Assembly (NCBI RefSeq): GCF_006345805.1
Contig: NC_043010.1
Coordinates: 19,220,001 to 19,284,000, forward strand
DNA length: 64,000 nucleotides
DNA from: Octopus sinensis
Lineage: Eukaryota
Reading direction: 5' to 3'
Under the pieces are notes generated by a model. The model saw nothing but the letters and a program-made list of their open reading frames with translations, ran no database searches and was not told the origin of the DNA. Both the position numbers and the translations under genes were made by a program. Shown one piece after another: positions 27,630 to 41,559 of the stretch (its first letter is position 1; each line of letters starts with the position of its first letter).

Positions 27630-30600
27630 TCTCTCTCCGGCCAAGGTGACGAGCTGCGAGAAAGCGCGATTCACAGGCGGCGACCACACCTGTTCACCGT
27701 CGTCTATGAAGCGTCGGAGATATCGCAGTCTCAGCGCATGCCTGCGGATCATCAACCAAGGCATGCCTAGCCCTCCATTTAGCGGGTGTTGACAGAAAAT
27801 GGATCGCCTGACTATCGGAACGCTTCCCTTCCACAGGAAGCGGAAGAGTATGCGTTCCACTTTGGTGATGGTAGGATCGGGACAAGGCACGACGGTCAGA
27901 CGTAAATCGATGACGGATGCGATGTACGCGTTCGCCACCTCCGCCCGACCTTTTAGGGATAGCTTCCTCTCGGCCCATTGCTGGATGTGAGTGGCCAACC
28001 TAGTCGTTATCTCGCCCCAGTCCTTTTCCATTTGGAAGTCCGGACCGAACTAGACTCCGAGCAATTTAACCGGTCCATCGGTCCAGCGTCACACGGTGGA
28101 GACGCTATTGGACGGCATGGGCTTGCTTCTCCAGGTGCCGAGTCGCAAGCCCACTGAATTTTCCCGGTTAATTTTGGCTCCCGTTACCGCTTCATATTAT
28201 TTTAGTGTCTCGCCGACCAGGTCGATGTGCTTGTGGCTCGACACTCTGATGATGACGCGTATGTAGACACGCTTGTCCCGCATCCCAGCTCTCGTGGGAG
28301 GCAGCTTCCGCAGTAGTGGCTCAAGAGTCAATAAATATAGAAGTAACGAGAGGGGGCATCCTTGACGAACCGAACGCATGATGTTAAATGGTCTGGATAG
28401 ATGACCATTTACGCGAACTACCGAGTGGATGCAGCGATCCAACCGCGGAAGATGGGACCGAACCAGCCGCTTTAAGGACAGCCTCCACGTAGTGATGGTC
28501 TACCCTATCGAAAGCTTTTGATTGATCCAAATTGATCAGCCCCCTCCCACCCACCCATGCCAGGATCCTTAACTACCCTGTCTATGGTGTAGCGCATCGG
28601 ATGGAGGTTGTCATGGATATTCCTACCAGCACGGCGCACGTTTGCGTCTTGTCGACTAGTTTCTTGATGACAAGCACCAATCTCTCGGCTAACACCTTGG
28701 TCAAAATTTTCAAATCTGCATTGAGCAGAGTGATGGGCCTGAAGTTATCTATGACGTTCCCCTTGTTTGGATCTTTAGCAGATCCACTGTCCCTTGCTTT
28801 ACAAAGACAGGGATACTCCCTTTTTGCTGCCAGTGGCAATAGATAGCTGCCAAGACGTCTCCAAACAAGTCTGGCATATGACAATAAAGTTCGTAGGGCA
28901 GACCATCCAAGCCTGGTGACTTGTCTCTCGTGCAGCCTGCCATCGCATCCCGTACGTCCGCGGCTGTGATGGGTCTTTCACAACACTCCGCCTCTCATGC
29001 GTGGCAGGCCATGCAGGTAGGCACTAAAGTCCACTCTGCGTTCTGACCCACAAGTTGTCCCAAACAGCCGGGCAAAGTGTTGTTGAAAGGCCTCACACAT
29101 CCTTTCAGGCTCGAGTAATTCGCGTCCCTTTTCATCAATAAGTAACCTAATGGTGGCTCTGTTGCCTCGTTGCGCTTCTGCCACTCGGGCCTCTCGGGCG
29201 GCTTCCAACTCCTTCGTTCCTCAGAGCGCGCATCCTAGCTCTGACAACGCATCCTTCGTGTTTGGCGTTGAAGTGTTGGTCGAGGGCTAACCTCGCTGCC
29301 AGTACGTTGAACGTGATGCCAATTCTAAGTGCCTCTTCTAATTTCTTAACTAGGTCTCCCTCTAGTCTATTTCGGTCTAATGCTAAGGCCTTATTGTACC
29401 TAACCGATTCTGCTTTAATTGCTTTCTTTAGAGCATACCACCATCTGTTGTTGATGATGGCACCCGTCAATGCTCTCTTAACTAATGTGCTAATCCGGTC
29501 CCTGTAAGCCCGGCGTGCCGTGTACGACGCGTTCAGCTTCCAGTAACTGGTAAACTGCCTATGTATCTTATCTAAGTCAAGTGTACAAGTCACAAATTTG
29601 TGGTCTGTGTAGCTGACTATATGGAATTGTGGACAGCCTACACTATCCTTATCCACTGCCATACAGAATACTCTATCTAAGTACGATCTAGACGACCCGA
29701 TGCGGTTGCTCCATGTCCACATTGGCACATTCGTGTGGTCCAGTTGATACCTGTCAGACAGTTGGAAACGTCTGAGCAGGTCTTTGAGGTATTTGCATCC
29801 CCTCCTGTTACTATCTCTGCCCACATAGTCTAGATGCATGTCCAAGGTAGCGTTTCAATCCCCCACTAAAAGTAAAGGTCGAGACGTTCCCAGGAAAACC
29901 TCTAGACGTCTAAAGGACGGAGCATAAACTGTTATCAGTCGAAAAGCACACTCATTGCTGCCATCGACGTCCAAGACGACCTCCGGGTCTAGGAAAATTG
30001 TTCTTACTTTGAGGACCAGACTCTTCCGAAGAAGCACCGCGGTGCCACCTTCGCCCATTCTCGGCAGACACGGAGAAAAATAAATGTCGAAATGTGCGCC
30101 GAACATGTGCTGGAGTGCCTGCGGTCTGTGGAGTCTGATCTCACTGATGACTATGATATGCAGATTTTGTGATTTGCTGTCGTTTAACAGGTAGCTTTGT
30201 TTCCGAGGCGACCCCAAGCCTCGTACATTTGTACTGTCTATTCTGAGCATGTTCCTATCGAAAGTTGTGTTTTACACATGAAAGGAAGACGAAAGAGAAA
30301 GAGAGAGACAGAGTCACTTACTGTCCGAAAGTTCTTTGTTCACCTCACAGTTTTCTCCCAGAAGGTTTTTGTATAGGTTTTTCGACAGGTATTTTTGAAA
30401 TCTCCCAACTGCATCAGGGTAGAGAGATTTCAGGGTGCTGTGTGTGTTCTGTGTTATGTGTATTATTTCAATGTGTTGTGGTGGTGTTCTGTGTGGGTGA
30501 TTCTTTGTTTTGGTGCCATTTTCTGTTATATTGGTGTTTGACCTCATGTATTCCATTAGGTCTGTATCGTTGATGTTTATGGCTGTCAACATTGTTGCGG

Positions 30601-32190
30601 GGTTTGGTGTTAGTGTGTTTGTGTTGATGCTTTTGTTTTCTGCAGGTGTTTTGGTATCGGGAGTAGTAAACCTCCCTGCTTTGTTTGTCTGCTTCTCCAG
30701 TCTTTCCCCCCTTTTTTTTTCTCCTTCTCCCTGTGGCCACTTGCCAATCCTCCGTGTAGTCTTCATCTGACGACATGTCGGAGGAATCAGAAGGTGGGAG
30801 GGGAAGTATATTGGGGTCTATTTCTGAGTGTGTTGACTTTGTTGTTGGTGTTGGTGCTGGTTGGTGACAGTTAGGGTGTGGTGTATGGGTTTTGCGGGTT
30901 GAGGTATGAGTCTTTTTTGTTTTCTCTTCCTCCTTTGAAGTTGTTGTTATTGTTGATGGTGGTGGTGGTGATGATGGTGTTCTTTCTGTTCTTGGTGACG
31001 CTGGTGGTGGTGTTGTTTGGTTGGGCTGACTTGTTGGTTGCTGATGTTCCTTCATTTGTTTGTAGAGCTGTTTAATTAGTTGTGCATATGACGGTGTGGG
31101 TAGCAGTGCTGGTTTTTAATCGGTTTTTGGTTTTCTTTGGTTTTCTTCTGGTTGTTGTTGTTTTCTGTGATCTTGTTCACGTTGCTGTTGTTGTTGTTGT
31201 TGTTGTTTCTGCAAGAGTGCAACGTGGCTTTCTGCCTTCAACGGCCACTTGTAAATTCGAATCTTCCCTCAATTGGATTCGATGTGGAATTTTTTCGAAA
31301 ATTATCGGATTAATTTGAAAAAGAATTTGGATTTCTTGGCCAATCCAGTTTTGCTGGTCCACGACACCGATTTCCAAGATATGGATTTCGTCCTCGATGT
31401 CATAGCAAATGGCAGGCACGAGCCATTTTATTTCTATTTCAGGAGGCACATTCTTTATTATAATTTTTATGACCCTACGACCAAGATATGTAGGGATCAT
31501 AAATAATTTTTCAAATTGGAAGGACTTTGTGAAGAGGTCCTTGGCTCTTTCTTCACTGTCGAATCGAACTTCGGTCGTGGCAAATCTGTTTCTCCTCGTG
31601 ATGTATAGGCCTTCAACACTTCTTGAGTGGCCTTTCCGTATAGCCTTGTTTTTAGGTTGAGTGTCCTGTAAATAAATGGGGTTTTTTTCGATTTTTTCCG
31701 TGATGCTTTGTGGTGTCTGTAGTTGCATGCTGAGGTCGTCTTTTTGAAACATTGCTTTACAGGCGAGCAGTTCTTTAACTTTAAAGCTGCGGTAAAATTG
31801 TTTTCAGTATTCGTGTTGGGTGTGGCGGTGATGGCGGTAGTGGTGGTTGCAGTGGTGGAGCCAGTGGTTATAGTAGCAGAAGCATTCGTGCCTTCTAAGG
31901 CCTGTGTGCGTTCACGCGGAATGGCTTTGCTTTCATCTTCCTTCGCCTCTAGCATTGGTAGGAGCGGGAAGTCGGCCTCATGGTTTTGTTTAGCCATATT
32001 TCTTTAGAAATATGTTAAGGAAATCGAAGAAAATAGAAATGTAAATGGGTTTGAAATTGCCCCTAGGGGTCAATTCTTCCCTTGAAAACACACTCAAACA
32101 AAAGCTGAATGCTTTACACACCTTGTGTGCAAAAATTGCAACAAAAGGCAGAAAAAAAGGGTTTACCTGCGGAGCCGATGCGACATCATG
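27630..32190 (-). mobile_element. Degraded Tx1/L1-clade non-LTR retrotransposon (ORF1 plus ORF2 APE-RT), 5' end retained, 3' end lost
   Basis: ORF1 pieces at 31997-30314. ORF2 starts at 30250 (MLRIDSTNVRGL, APE), then YWKLNAS, KSPGLDGLPYELY, NFRPITLLNADLKIL, VRQGCPLSLLLY and WAERKLSLKGRAEV, with multiple frameshifts. The YADD motif is disrupted near 28250-28265. Confidence 0.92.
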
Positions 32191-33000
32191 ATAGATAGAT
32201 AGATGTATATGAATTCCAGGCATCTACTTTGTTTTGTTGTTAAGATACTCCTGTCACAACCTTGAGCTCCCGAGTTCAATCCTATTGCGCGGCACATTGA
32301 GTATGTGTCGTCCAATAAAATTATGTATATCCTAAAAACCTTGGTCGGCATAAAAACACATAACTACTTTTTATCAAATAATGTATGTAGAAACTGACGT
32401 TAAAAAAAACATCCATTTTTCTGAAAGTTATGAGGGGACGAAGTAGACTCGGGTGGATAATCGGAAACTCATCTCACCCCCTCCGAGTGACAGCACACCC
32501 GGGTAGGCACCTGTGTCCTATCCTTTTATCTTTAAACTTATACTTTTTTCAGTCAATAGACTGTGCCCATGCTGGGGCATCGCCTTGAGAGACTTTTTTT
32601 AGGTCTGCTTTTTATTCTATCGATCTATTTTGTCGAACCGCTAGCGTTAGCGGGACGTAATCACACCAACGTCGGTTGTCAAGCTGTGGTGGGGACAAAC
32701 ACACACACACAAGCACACAAGCACACAGAGACACGCACAAACACATACAGACAAACAGAAACACACACGTGCGGGCGCAAAACCACAACTATATAACTTT
32801 GATAACGGATATATCTTGGTATATATGACTGTATCAGTCTCTCTCTGGATGTAGGTGTATATGTATGTACGTATGGAAAGAGATAGAGATAGAGAGAGAG
32901 AGAGAGAAAAATAGAAAGAGAGAGGTATATATATGTATATATATATATATACGTACATATATATATGTATATAAGCATATATGCGTACATATATATATAT

Positions 33001-33050
<50 letters not shown>

Positions 33051-33134
33051 ACCAAGAAAACAATATCAACATGTATGTATATATATATAACATAAACATA
33101 TATATATATGTGTGAGTATGTATGTGTGTATAAA

Positions 33135-33173
<39 letters not shown>

Positions 33174-33291
33174 AAGTATATATATAAGTATTATGTGCAT
33201 GTATGTCTGTATGTGCGTATGTATATCCCTCTTTATGTATATGTATGTTTATCTGCTGTGTACATATATGCACACACAGACACAGACACAG

Positions 33292-33381
<90 letters not shown>

Positions 33382-33808
33382 CATATACATATATATAGAC
33401 GTTCTGCACACACGTGAATATGTATGGGACACAGATAGGGAGAATGGTGGAAAGAAAACTCGTGAGTGAGCGGAGATGAAGGATTGTACTATGTTTAGTA
33501 TTTCCAGATGAAAGAATCGCGTTATGGATGAGTGATTACGTCATCGAATTCCTGGCTAATGCCAAAGATGGTAGAGCGTTAACGCTTTCGGCAAAACATT
33601 TCACTTTAAATTCAATATTAATTAACCGATCTTTAAATATCGATGTGGCAAAACCTGTATTTGCGTCTGTGAGTCTGTGTGTCTCTGTATTTACCTTTGG
33701 CATGTATGCGTGGCATAAAAGTGTGTACATGTGTATTTACGTACATATGATATATGTGTTCATATGTGAATGTGTATGTGTGAATGTGTACGTGTGCGTG
33801 TGTATGTG

Positions 33809-33852
<44 letters not shown>

Positions 33853-34162
33853 GTGTTTATGTCTGTTGCTAACGTTATGGATCCTAAGTTAAGGCCTTCG
33901 TATAATCGAATGACAAAATCACATTACATTGGCCAAGTTCGGGACTCGCTTCCATTTCATAACCGAACCCTTTTGGGGAATATAATGAACACCACAACTT
34001 TTTATTTCATTACTAGTCTATGTAATCTGATTTATGTGTGTGTGTGTGTGTTTGTCTATGTATGTGTGTGTATGTGTGTGTATATATATAATATATATAT
34101 ATATTATATATATATATATGTATGTGTGTGTGTATATATATATATATAATATATATATATAC

Positions 34163-34502
34163 AGTGAAGGCACATGACTCAATGGTTTGAGCATCGGGCT
34201 TAAATACTTGGGGTTGTGAGTTCAATTCCTGCACTGGGCTGTGTGCTGTGTTCTTGAGCAAGACACTTTATTTCACGTTGCTCCAGTTAACTCAGATGTA
34301 GAAGTGAGTTGCGATGTCACTGGTGCCAAGCTGTATCGGCCCTTTTGCCTTTCCCTTGGATAACATTGGGGGCGTGGAGAGGGGAGACTGGTACGCATGG
34401 GCGACTGCTGGTCTTCCATAAACAACCTTGCCCGAAATTTTTTGCCTCGGAGAGGAATTTTCTAGGTGTAATCCTATGATTGTTCATGACCGAAATGGGT
34501 CA
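34163..34502 (+). mobile_element. tRNA-derived SINE family C
   Basis: gtgaaggcacatgactcaatgg (A-box-like), gagttcaattcc (B-box-like), gtgttcttgagcaagacactttatttcacgttgctccag. Confidence 0.75.
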
Positions 34503-34983
34503 CTTGATCAGATTTGCATGAAAAGTGCGCTCTCACATTGTGCGCATTGGCACAATGTGAGAGTGCATCTTTGATGCAAGTCTAAGAAACTAATACTAAT
34601 GTTTAAAGTTGCAAATATGGTGGAAATCTTCGCTTTGACCTTTTTCGTAAACTGGCGTTGAAATCAGAGTTGGTACTGAAACAACTGTAACGGGTCGTTG
34701 AAAATGCATTAAAGTATTTCTTTTTATCTTATTGTTAGGATTACGTTTTTACTCTTCGCTAAACTCACGCAGAAATCTGGATTTTTTACACTTGAAGAAT
34801 TTAGATACGATTCCGGAAGTGTAGAAAGCCTAACCGCTCGAGTTGCGTGCTGCATTGAAAATATATACTCTTTTTACCCTCCCAAGATCTTATATATACA
34901 TACATACATAATATATATAATATATATATTATATATATATATATATATATAATATATATATATTATATATATAATATATATAT

Positions 34984-35014
<31 letters not shown>

Positions 35015-35409
35015 CATACATAAATATATGTATATATGTATGTAATATGTGTATTTATATATATATATATTATATATATGTATGTATATATGTATATATG
35101 TATGTATATGTGTATTTATATATATGTATGTATATGTGTATTTATATATATGTATGTATATGTGTATTTATATATATGTATGTATATGTGTATATATATA
35201 TATGTATGTATATATGTATATATATATATATAATAAATATTAGGGAATAAATCCAAATTTACAGGGAAAAAAAATCAGATTTAGGATTAAATCCAATTTT
35301 ATAGTAAAATATTATAAAATATTATTAGAGACAAAACCACTATTTTGCAAAACAAACAAGGAAAGACTTAATCAATACATAAAATTTTAATAAATAGTCA
35401 AAAAAACCG

Positions 35410-35452
35410 CCACTACAATCGTTTCTTGTCTTGATCGACAATCTTCAGGTGG
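35410..35452 (-). ncRNA. Type I hammerhead ribozyme motif with intact core
   Basis: CCAC-CUGAAGA-UUGUC gaucaa GACAA-GAAA-C gauu G-UA-GUGG. Helices I, II and III all pair; GUA cleavage triplet. Confidence 0.75.
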
Positions 35453-36643
35453 ACTTCCAATCTAAAAAAATCAATATTTTAAAATATAAAAATAATAATT
35501 TTAAAATAATTAAAGTATGAATGAAAAAATATAAGTATATAATCCATATATAACCTATATATAATCCATATATAATCAATATATAAACAATATATAAACT
35601 AAAAAAACCTATCAACAATTAAATATAAAATATAAACTATAAAATATAAAATATAAAATATAAAACAAAACAAAAAATAATAATAATATATTAATAAACT
35701 ATATATACACCCATACACATATACCTAATTATATATAACCATATCTAACTACATACACTAAATCACACACCTATATATATATCCCTATACATACACATGA
35801 AAACGTCTAGGCAACTATAAATAAATAAAATAGCTAAATACTTCAACACAATACTTATTCATACTCCCACACACACACACATACAACCCACGTTCACGCT
35901 CTAGAAAACGGACATCACTCAAAACTATGAACAGAGAAATGGAATAAATGGAATTAAAAATTATATTCACTTGGTAAAAACGAACACTACTTAAAAATTA
36001 TGAATGAAACAATGCAATAAAACAACATACATCGCAAATAGACACAAATTACTACGAATTCCTTAACAAACCTATCATGATAAACCAAAAACTCATAAAA
36101 ACATATAATGATAAAATCTCCCTTTACTAAACTCTATAAGAAACCTATATAGCAATCCCCCTAACCTAAACATTCACACACAAATACACACACGTAAACC
36201 ACACACCCACGACATATACAAATACCCACACCACTTACACATACCAATACATACATATAAACCTCAACATATACTCCAAAAACCCACTCAACCCCACACA
36301 GACAAATAAACACAAAAATTATGAATGGATTCTTTTATAAAACTACCATGATAAACTAAAACTCACAAAACAGAAATGATAAAACCTCCCTTTACTAAAC
36401 ACTATAACATACTTATATAGCAATCCCTTTAACCTATACATTCACACACAAAAACACACACGTAAACCACACACCCATAACAAATACAAACACCCACCCC
36501 ACTAATATTTTATATATATATTATATATATGTATGTATATGTGTATATATGTATGTATATGTATGTATGTATGTGTATGTGTATATATGTACATACTGAA
36601 AGAAAACGTGAGAGCATGTGTGTGTGTGTGTGTGTGTGTGTGT

Positions 36644-37784
36644 GGTTTGTGTATAGTGATGATAAAAGGCATCCTAGTCACAACCCCTTCGTTTTGTTTT
36701 AGGCTCACTGCTTACCGCCTCTACTTGGACTTCATTATCCAGCAGGCAATTCTTTTTCTTAAAGTATAAGCTTGCGATTTGAGGGATATTGTTTGCTACT
36801 TCTTGTAGGTACACAACCACGTGCAGGCTCCTTCGTTTATTTACAGAAAACTGAAGCCTACTTGAGTAAATCGAAATTATGGAAAGGAAATTATGTTTTT
36901 GAGAAATATATCAGTGTTTAAAGAAATATATAATCCTTTGAGAGAAATATGTTCAGAGAAACAGATTTATGTTTTGAGAAATTTATATACATATTTGGAG
37001 AAATAGATTTATGCTTTGCAAAATATATTTAACAAAATATATTTAACAATAAGCTATTTAAGAAACACACAAAAACCGTTAGATTCACTTCAACATTTAA
37101 ATTTAATTTGTCAAAATATTTTCGTCGCTTTGAACCCGCGACCTGTTCACTGACAAAATTCCGTGCAGTATCTGAGAAAGTAACAGTTAGTTCATGATGT
37201 GTGTGTGTGTGGTGTGTGTGTGTGGTTTGTGTATAGTGATGATAAAAGGCATCCTAGTCACAACCCCTTCGTTTTGTTTTAGGCTCACTGCTTACCGCCT
37301 CTACTTGGACTTCATTATCCAGCAGGCAATTCTTTTTCTTAAAGTATAAGCTTGCGATTTGAGGGATATTGTTTGCTACTTCTTGTAGGTACACAACCAC
37401 GTGCAGGCTCCTTCGTTTATTTACAGAAAACTGAAGCCTACTTGAGTAAATCGAAATTATGGAAAGGAAATTATGTTTTTGAGAAATATATCAGTGTTTA
37501 AAGAAATATATAATCCTTTGAGAGAAATATGTTCAGAGCAGAGAAACAGATTTATGTTTTTGAGAAATTTATATACATATTTGGAGAAATAGATTTATGC
37601 TTTGCAAAATATATTTAACAAAATATATTTAACAATAAGCTATTTAAGAAACACACAAAAACCGTTAGATTCACTTCAACATTTAAATTTAATTTGTCAA
37701 AATATTTTCGTCGCTTTGAACCCGCGACCTGTTCACTGACAAAATTCCGTGCAGTATCTGAGAAAGTAACAGTTAGTTCATGAT
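36644..37784. repeat. Near-identical tandem duplication of about 555 bp bounded by (TG)n
   Basis: 36644-37198 versus 37224-37784. The only differences I found are a 5-bp and a 1-bp indel. Confidence 0.9.
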
Positions 37785-38092
37785 GTGTGTGTGTGTGTGT
37801 GTACATACATATATATCATGATCTAACAGGTCACAGCACGGAATTTTGTCAGTGAACAGGTCGCGGTTTCAAAGTGACGAAAATATTTTGATACAAATTA
37901 AATTTAAACATAGGGCCATAAATGGTAGAACCAGTAGAGTTTCAGATAAAATTGTGGTGGTGATGGATGTCGGAATCGGTGGCGCATTTCCATGTGATAT
38001 TCTACGTTGCGTGTTCAAATCCTGCTGACGGTGACTTTAACTTTCATACTCGTCAGTTCGATAAAATAATGGTTTCTAAATCTAGTACAAAA

Positions 38093-38245
38093 CCAAAACT
38101 TTTAGGGGAGGCTGTAAGTGGATTTACATCGATGGATATTTATTTAAGCGTTCCCGAAAAGATGAAAGGCAAAGTCATCCTCGGCAGAATATGAACTCAG
38201 GACATAAAGAACCAGTGGAAATGCCATTGAGCATTTTGTCCAACA
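38093..38245 (-). mobile_element. Degenerate SINE family A copy
   Basis: cccgaaaagatgaaaggcaaagtcatcctcggcagaatatgaactcag. Confidence 0.7.
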
Positions 38246-38254
38246 TGATAACGA

Positions 38255-38585
38255 GGTGGCGGTGGCGGTGATGGTGATGACGTGGTAGTGGTGGTAGTGA
38301 TGGCGTGGAGGTGGTGGTGGTAATGGTGATAACGTGGTGGTGATGACGTAGTGGTGATGGTGATAGGGATAACGTGGTGGTGGTGATGATAACCTGGTGG
38401 TGGTGGTGGTGGTGGTGGTGATAACGTGGTGGTGATGACGTAGTGGTGACGGTGATAGGGATAACGTGGTGGTGGTGGTGGTGGTGGTGGTGGTGGTGGT
38501 GATAACGTGGTGGTGATGACGTAGTTGGTGATGGTGATAGGGATAACGTGGTGGTGGTGATGATGACCTGGTGGTGGTGGTGGTT
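38255..38585. repeat. (GGT/GAT)n-derived minisatellite
   Basis: Recurring gataacgtggtggtgatgac unit. Confidence 0.8.
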
Positions 38586-39544
38586 TAGCCCTAGGTTAAC
38601 CCTAATCAAGCAGATCTGTGATCAAAGACAATCGACAACCCCAGTAAGATCCTTCCGTATCCTACGCAGACGCCCCTGGACCCACAACAATCAAGGACTT
38701 GCATTATTTAGTATAATCAGCATTTTGAGACGACAGAAGTTTGTTGCTGGTCGATTGGGTTCTACTTCTAGCAACTCCTGTGACCACGTAGAGACACCCC
38801 CTCCTTCCTCCGTGACGGTTGTCATTGTTCTTCTTAGATACATTAACAATATTCTTCCTATTCTTCTGATATTCCTGCTTTGGCTGCTACACTCGTTCGT
38901 TCTTCTTCTTGTTCTTCTCACTCATGATATTGTTGTTGTTATTGCTGATGTTGGAGCAGGTTCTACAGATTACCATTGTTCTTGCTGTTTGGATTTTGTC
39001 CTCGTTATTGTTGCTGTTGTTGCTGTTGTTATTGTTGTTGCTGTTGTGGTTGTTGTTGTTGTTGTTGTTGCTGTTGTTGTTTGTTGTTTCCGCTAGGATT
39101 TTCCGTTTGATTATAATATATAAAACTATATTTCTGTGGATCCTTTGAAGATATCATGGCTGTATGATCAGACCTATGTTATTTCAAGTGTTTTTCTTGG
39201 TCGACCATTCAACAGCAATGGCGACGGCAAATAGCTTTTTATAAACCTCTTTCTTTCACATTCTCCTCTATAATATCCCACAACGTTTTTACACCTACAC
39301 TAGCGCCTACACTTTCTCCACTTTCACACATGTATGCATGTGTGTGTGTGCTTGACAAAAATAAATATGAATATAATACAATCACTTGTGTATCTATTTA
39401 TAAATGTAAACATGCATGCATTTAGGTATATATAGATGAAAACAAGCAGACATATACATTTACATATTATATATATACATATATATATATATATACATAC
39501 ATACATACATACATACATACATACATACATACATACTACATACA

Positions 39545-39605
<61 letters not shown>

Positions 39606-39667
39606 ATATATATTTCCTCTACATAATATCGAAGTCTCATTCATTCTTTTGTTGTCATACCATTACT

Positions 39668-39704
<37 letters not shown>

Positions 39705-39705
39705 T

Positions 39706-39776
<71 letters not shown>

Positions 39777-39872
39777 CGGAAAGCTTTATGAAAATAAACA
39801 AAAGACGAAGGCAGGTGGAATACAAACAAACAATTATATTAGTATGGCGCTCAGGAATATAAATAAAACAAG

Positions 39873-39910
39873 TCTTTTACGTTTCGAGCCTACGCTCTTC
39901 AACAGAAAGA
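39873..39910 (-). ncRNA. Minimal hammerhead-like motif (CUGUUGA core), copy 2
   Basis: UCUUU-CUGUUGA-a-GAGC guag GCUC-GAAA-CG-UA-AAAGA; core identical to copy 1. Confidence 0.55.
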
Positions 39911-39926
39911 TACACAGAAAAGAAAC

Positions 39927-39986
<60 letters not shown>

Positions 39987-39989
39987 TTT

Positions 39990-40400
39990 AAGCCTGGTTC
40001 TGTAGTAAGAAGCTTGCTTCTCAACCACATTGTTCCTGGTTCGGTCCCACTGCGTGGCACCTTCGGCAAGAGTCTTCTACAATAGCCCCGGGCCAAACAA
40101 AGCCTTGTGAGTAGATTTGGTAGACGGAAACTGAAAGAAGCACGTCGTGTATATATATATGAGTGTGTGTGCATGTGTGTTTATGTATATGTTTGTGTGT
40201 CTGCGTTTGTCCCACCATCATCACTTGACAACCGATGTTGGTGTGTTCACGTCCCTGTAGCCTAGCGGTTCGGCAGAAGAGATCGATGAAATAAGTGCCA
40301 GACTACCAAAAAAAAAAGTCCTGGGATCAATTCGCCCGACGAAAGGCGATGCTCCGGCATGGTCGCACTCAAATGACTGAAAAAGTAAAAGAATAAAAGA
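39990..40400 (+). mobile_element. SINE family B copy
   Basis: Family B head and tail sequence. Confidence 0.75.
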
Positions 40401-40464
40401 ATAAATAAATAAATATATATATATATGTAGAGAGAGAGAGAGAGAGAGGCAGACAGGGAAACAG

Positions 40465-40543
<79 letters not shown>

Positions 40544-40729
40544 CAAATAGCTAGATAGATAGATAGATAGATAGATGTATTCATGCATATATGTTTGAAA
40601 CTATAGAGCATACGAATAATTTGTGGAATATATGTTTGCCATCTTTTTGTATACATTTAATGCATATAGAGTCGTCAAATTTGTAAATGAGACATTCATG
40701 AACGCACACACACTTACATACATGCACAC

Positions 40730-40744
40730 ATTTTCGCATATATA

Positions 40745-40828
<84 letters not shown>

Positions 40829-41136
40829 TATATAATATATATATATATATATATTATATATAATATATATATATTTATATATTATATATATATTATATTT
40901 ATATATATTATATATATATTTATATATATATATTTATATATATATATTTATATATATATAATATATTATATATATATATATTTATATATATATATATTTA
41001 TATATATATATATATATATATATCTGTGTGTGTATGTGTACATACATTTATTACAAATGTTGTGCATACATACATACATACATAACATACATACATACAT
41101 ACACACATACATACATACATACATACATACACACAC

Positions 41137-41167
<31 letters not shown>

Positions 41168-41412
41168 TATACACATACATACATGCACACATACACACAT
41201 ACATACTTACATACATACACACATACACTCATACATACATACATACACACATACACACACATACATACATACATACATACACACATACATACATACATAC
41301 ATACACACATACACACACACATATACACACATACATACATGCACACATACACACATACATACATACATACATACATACATACATACATACATACATACAT
41401 ACATACATACAT
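40730..41412. repeat. Compound (TA)n/(TACA)n microsatellite, representative of dozens of such tracts in the window
   Basis: Direct inspection. Confidence 0.95.
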
Positions 41413-41559
41413 TAGTTAATCAAATACCAGTTTATATTTCCACAAGTACTTCTATGTTTTACACGTCCAGCTAACGACTTCAGGTAAATGTGTACATAGC
41501 AACAGTAACTATAACTAAGTAGTATTATTTAGTAGCTAAAGTGAGATAATCTGTTAAAT

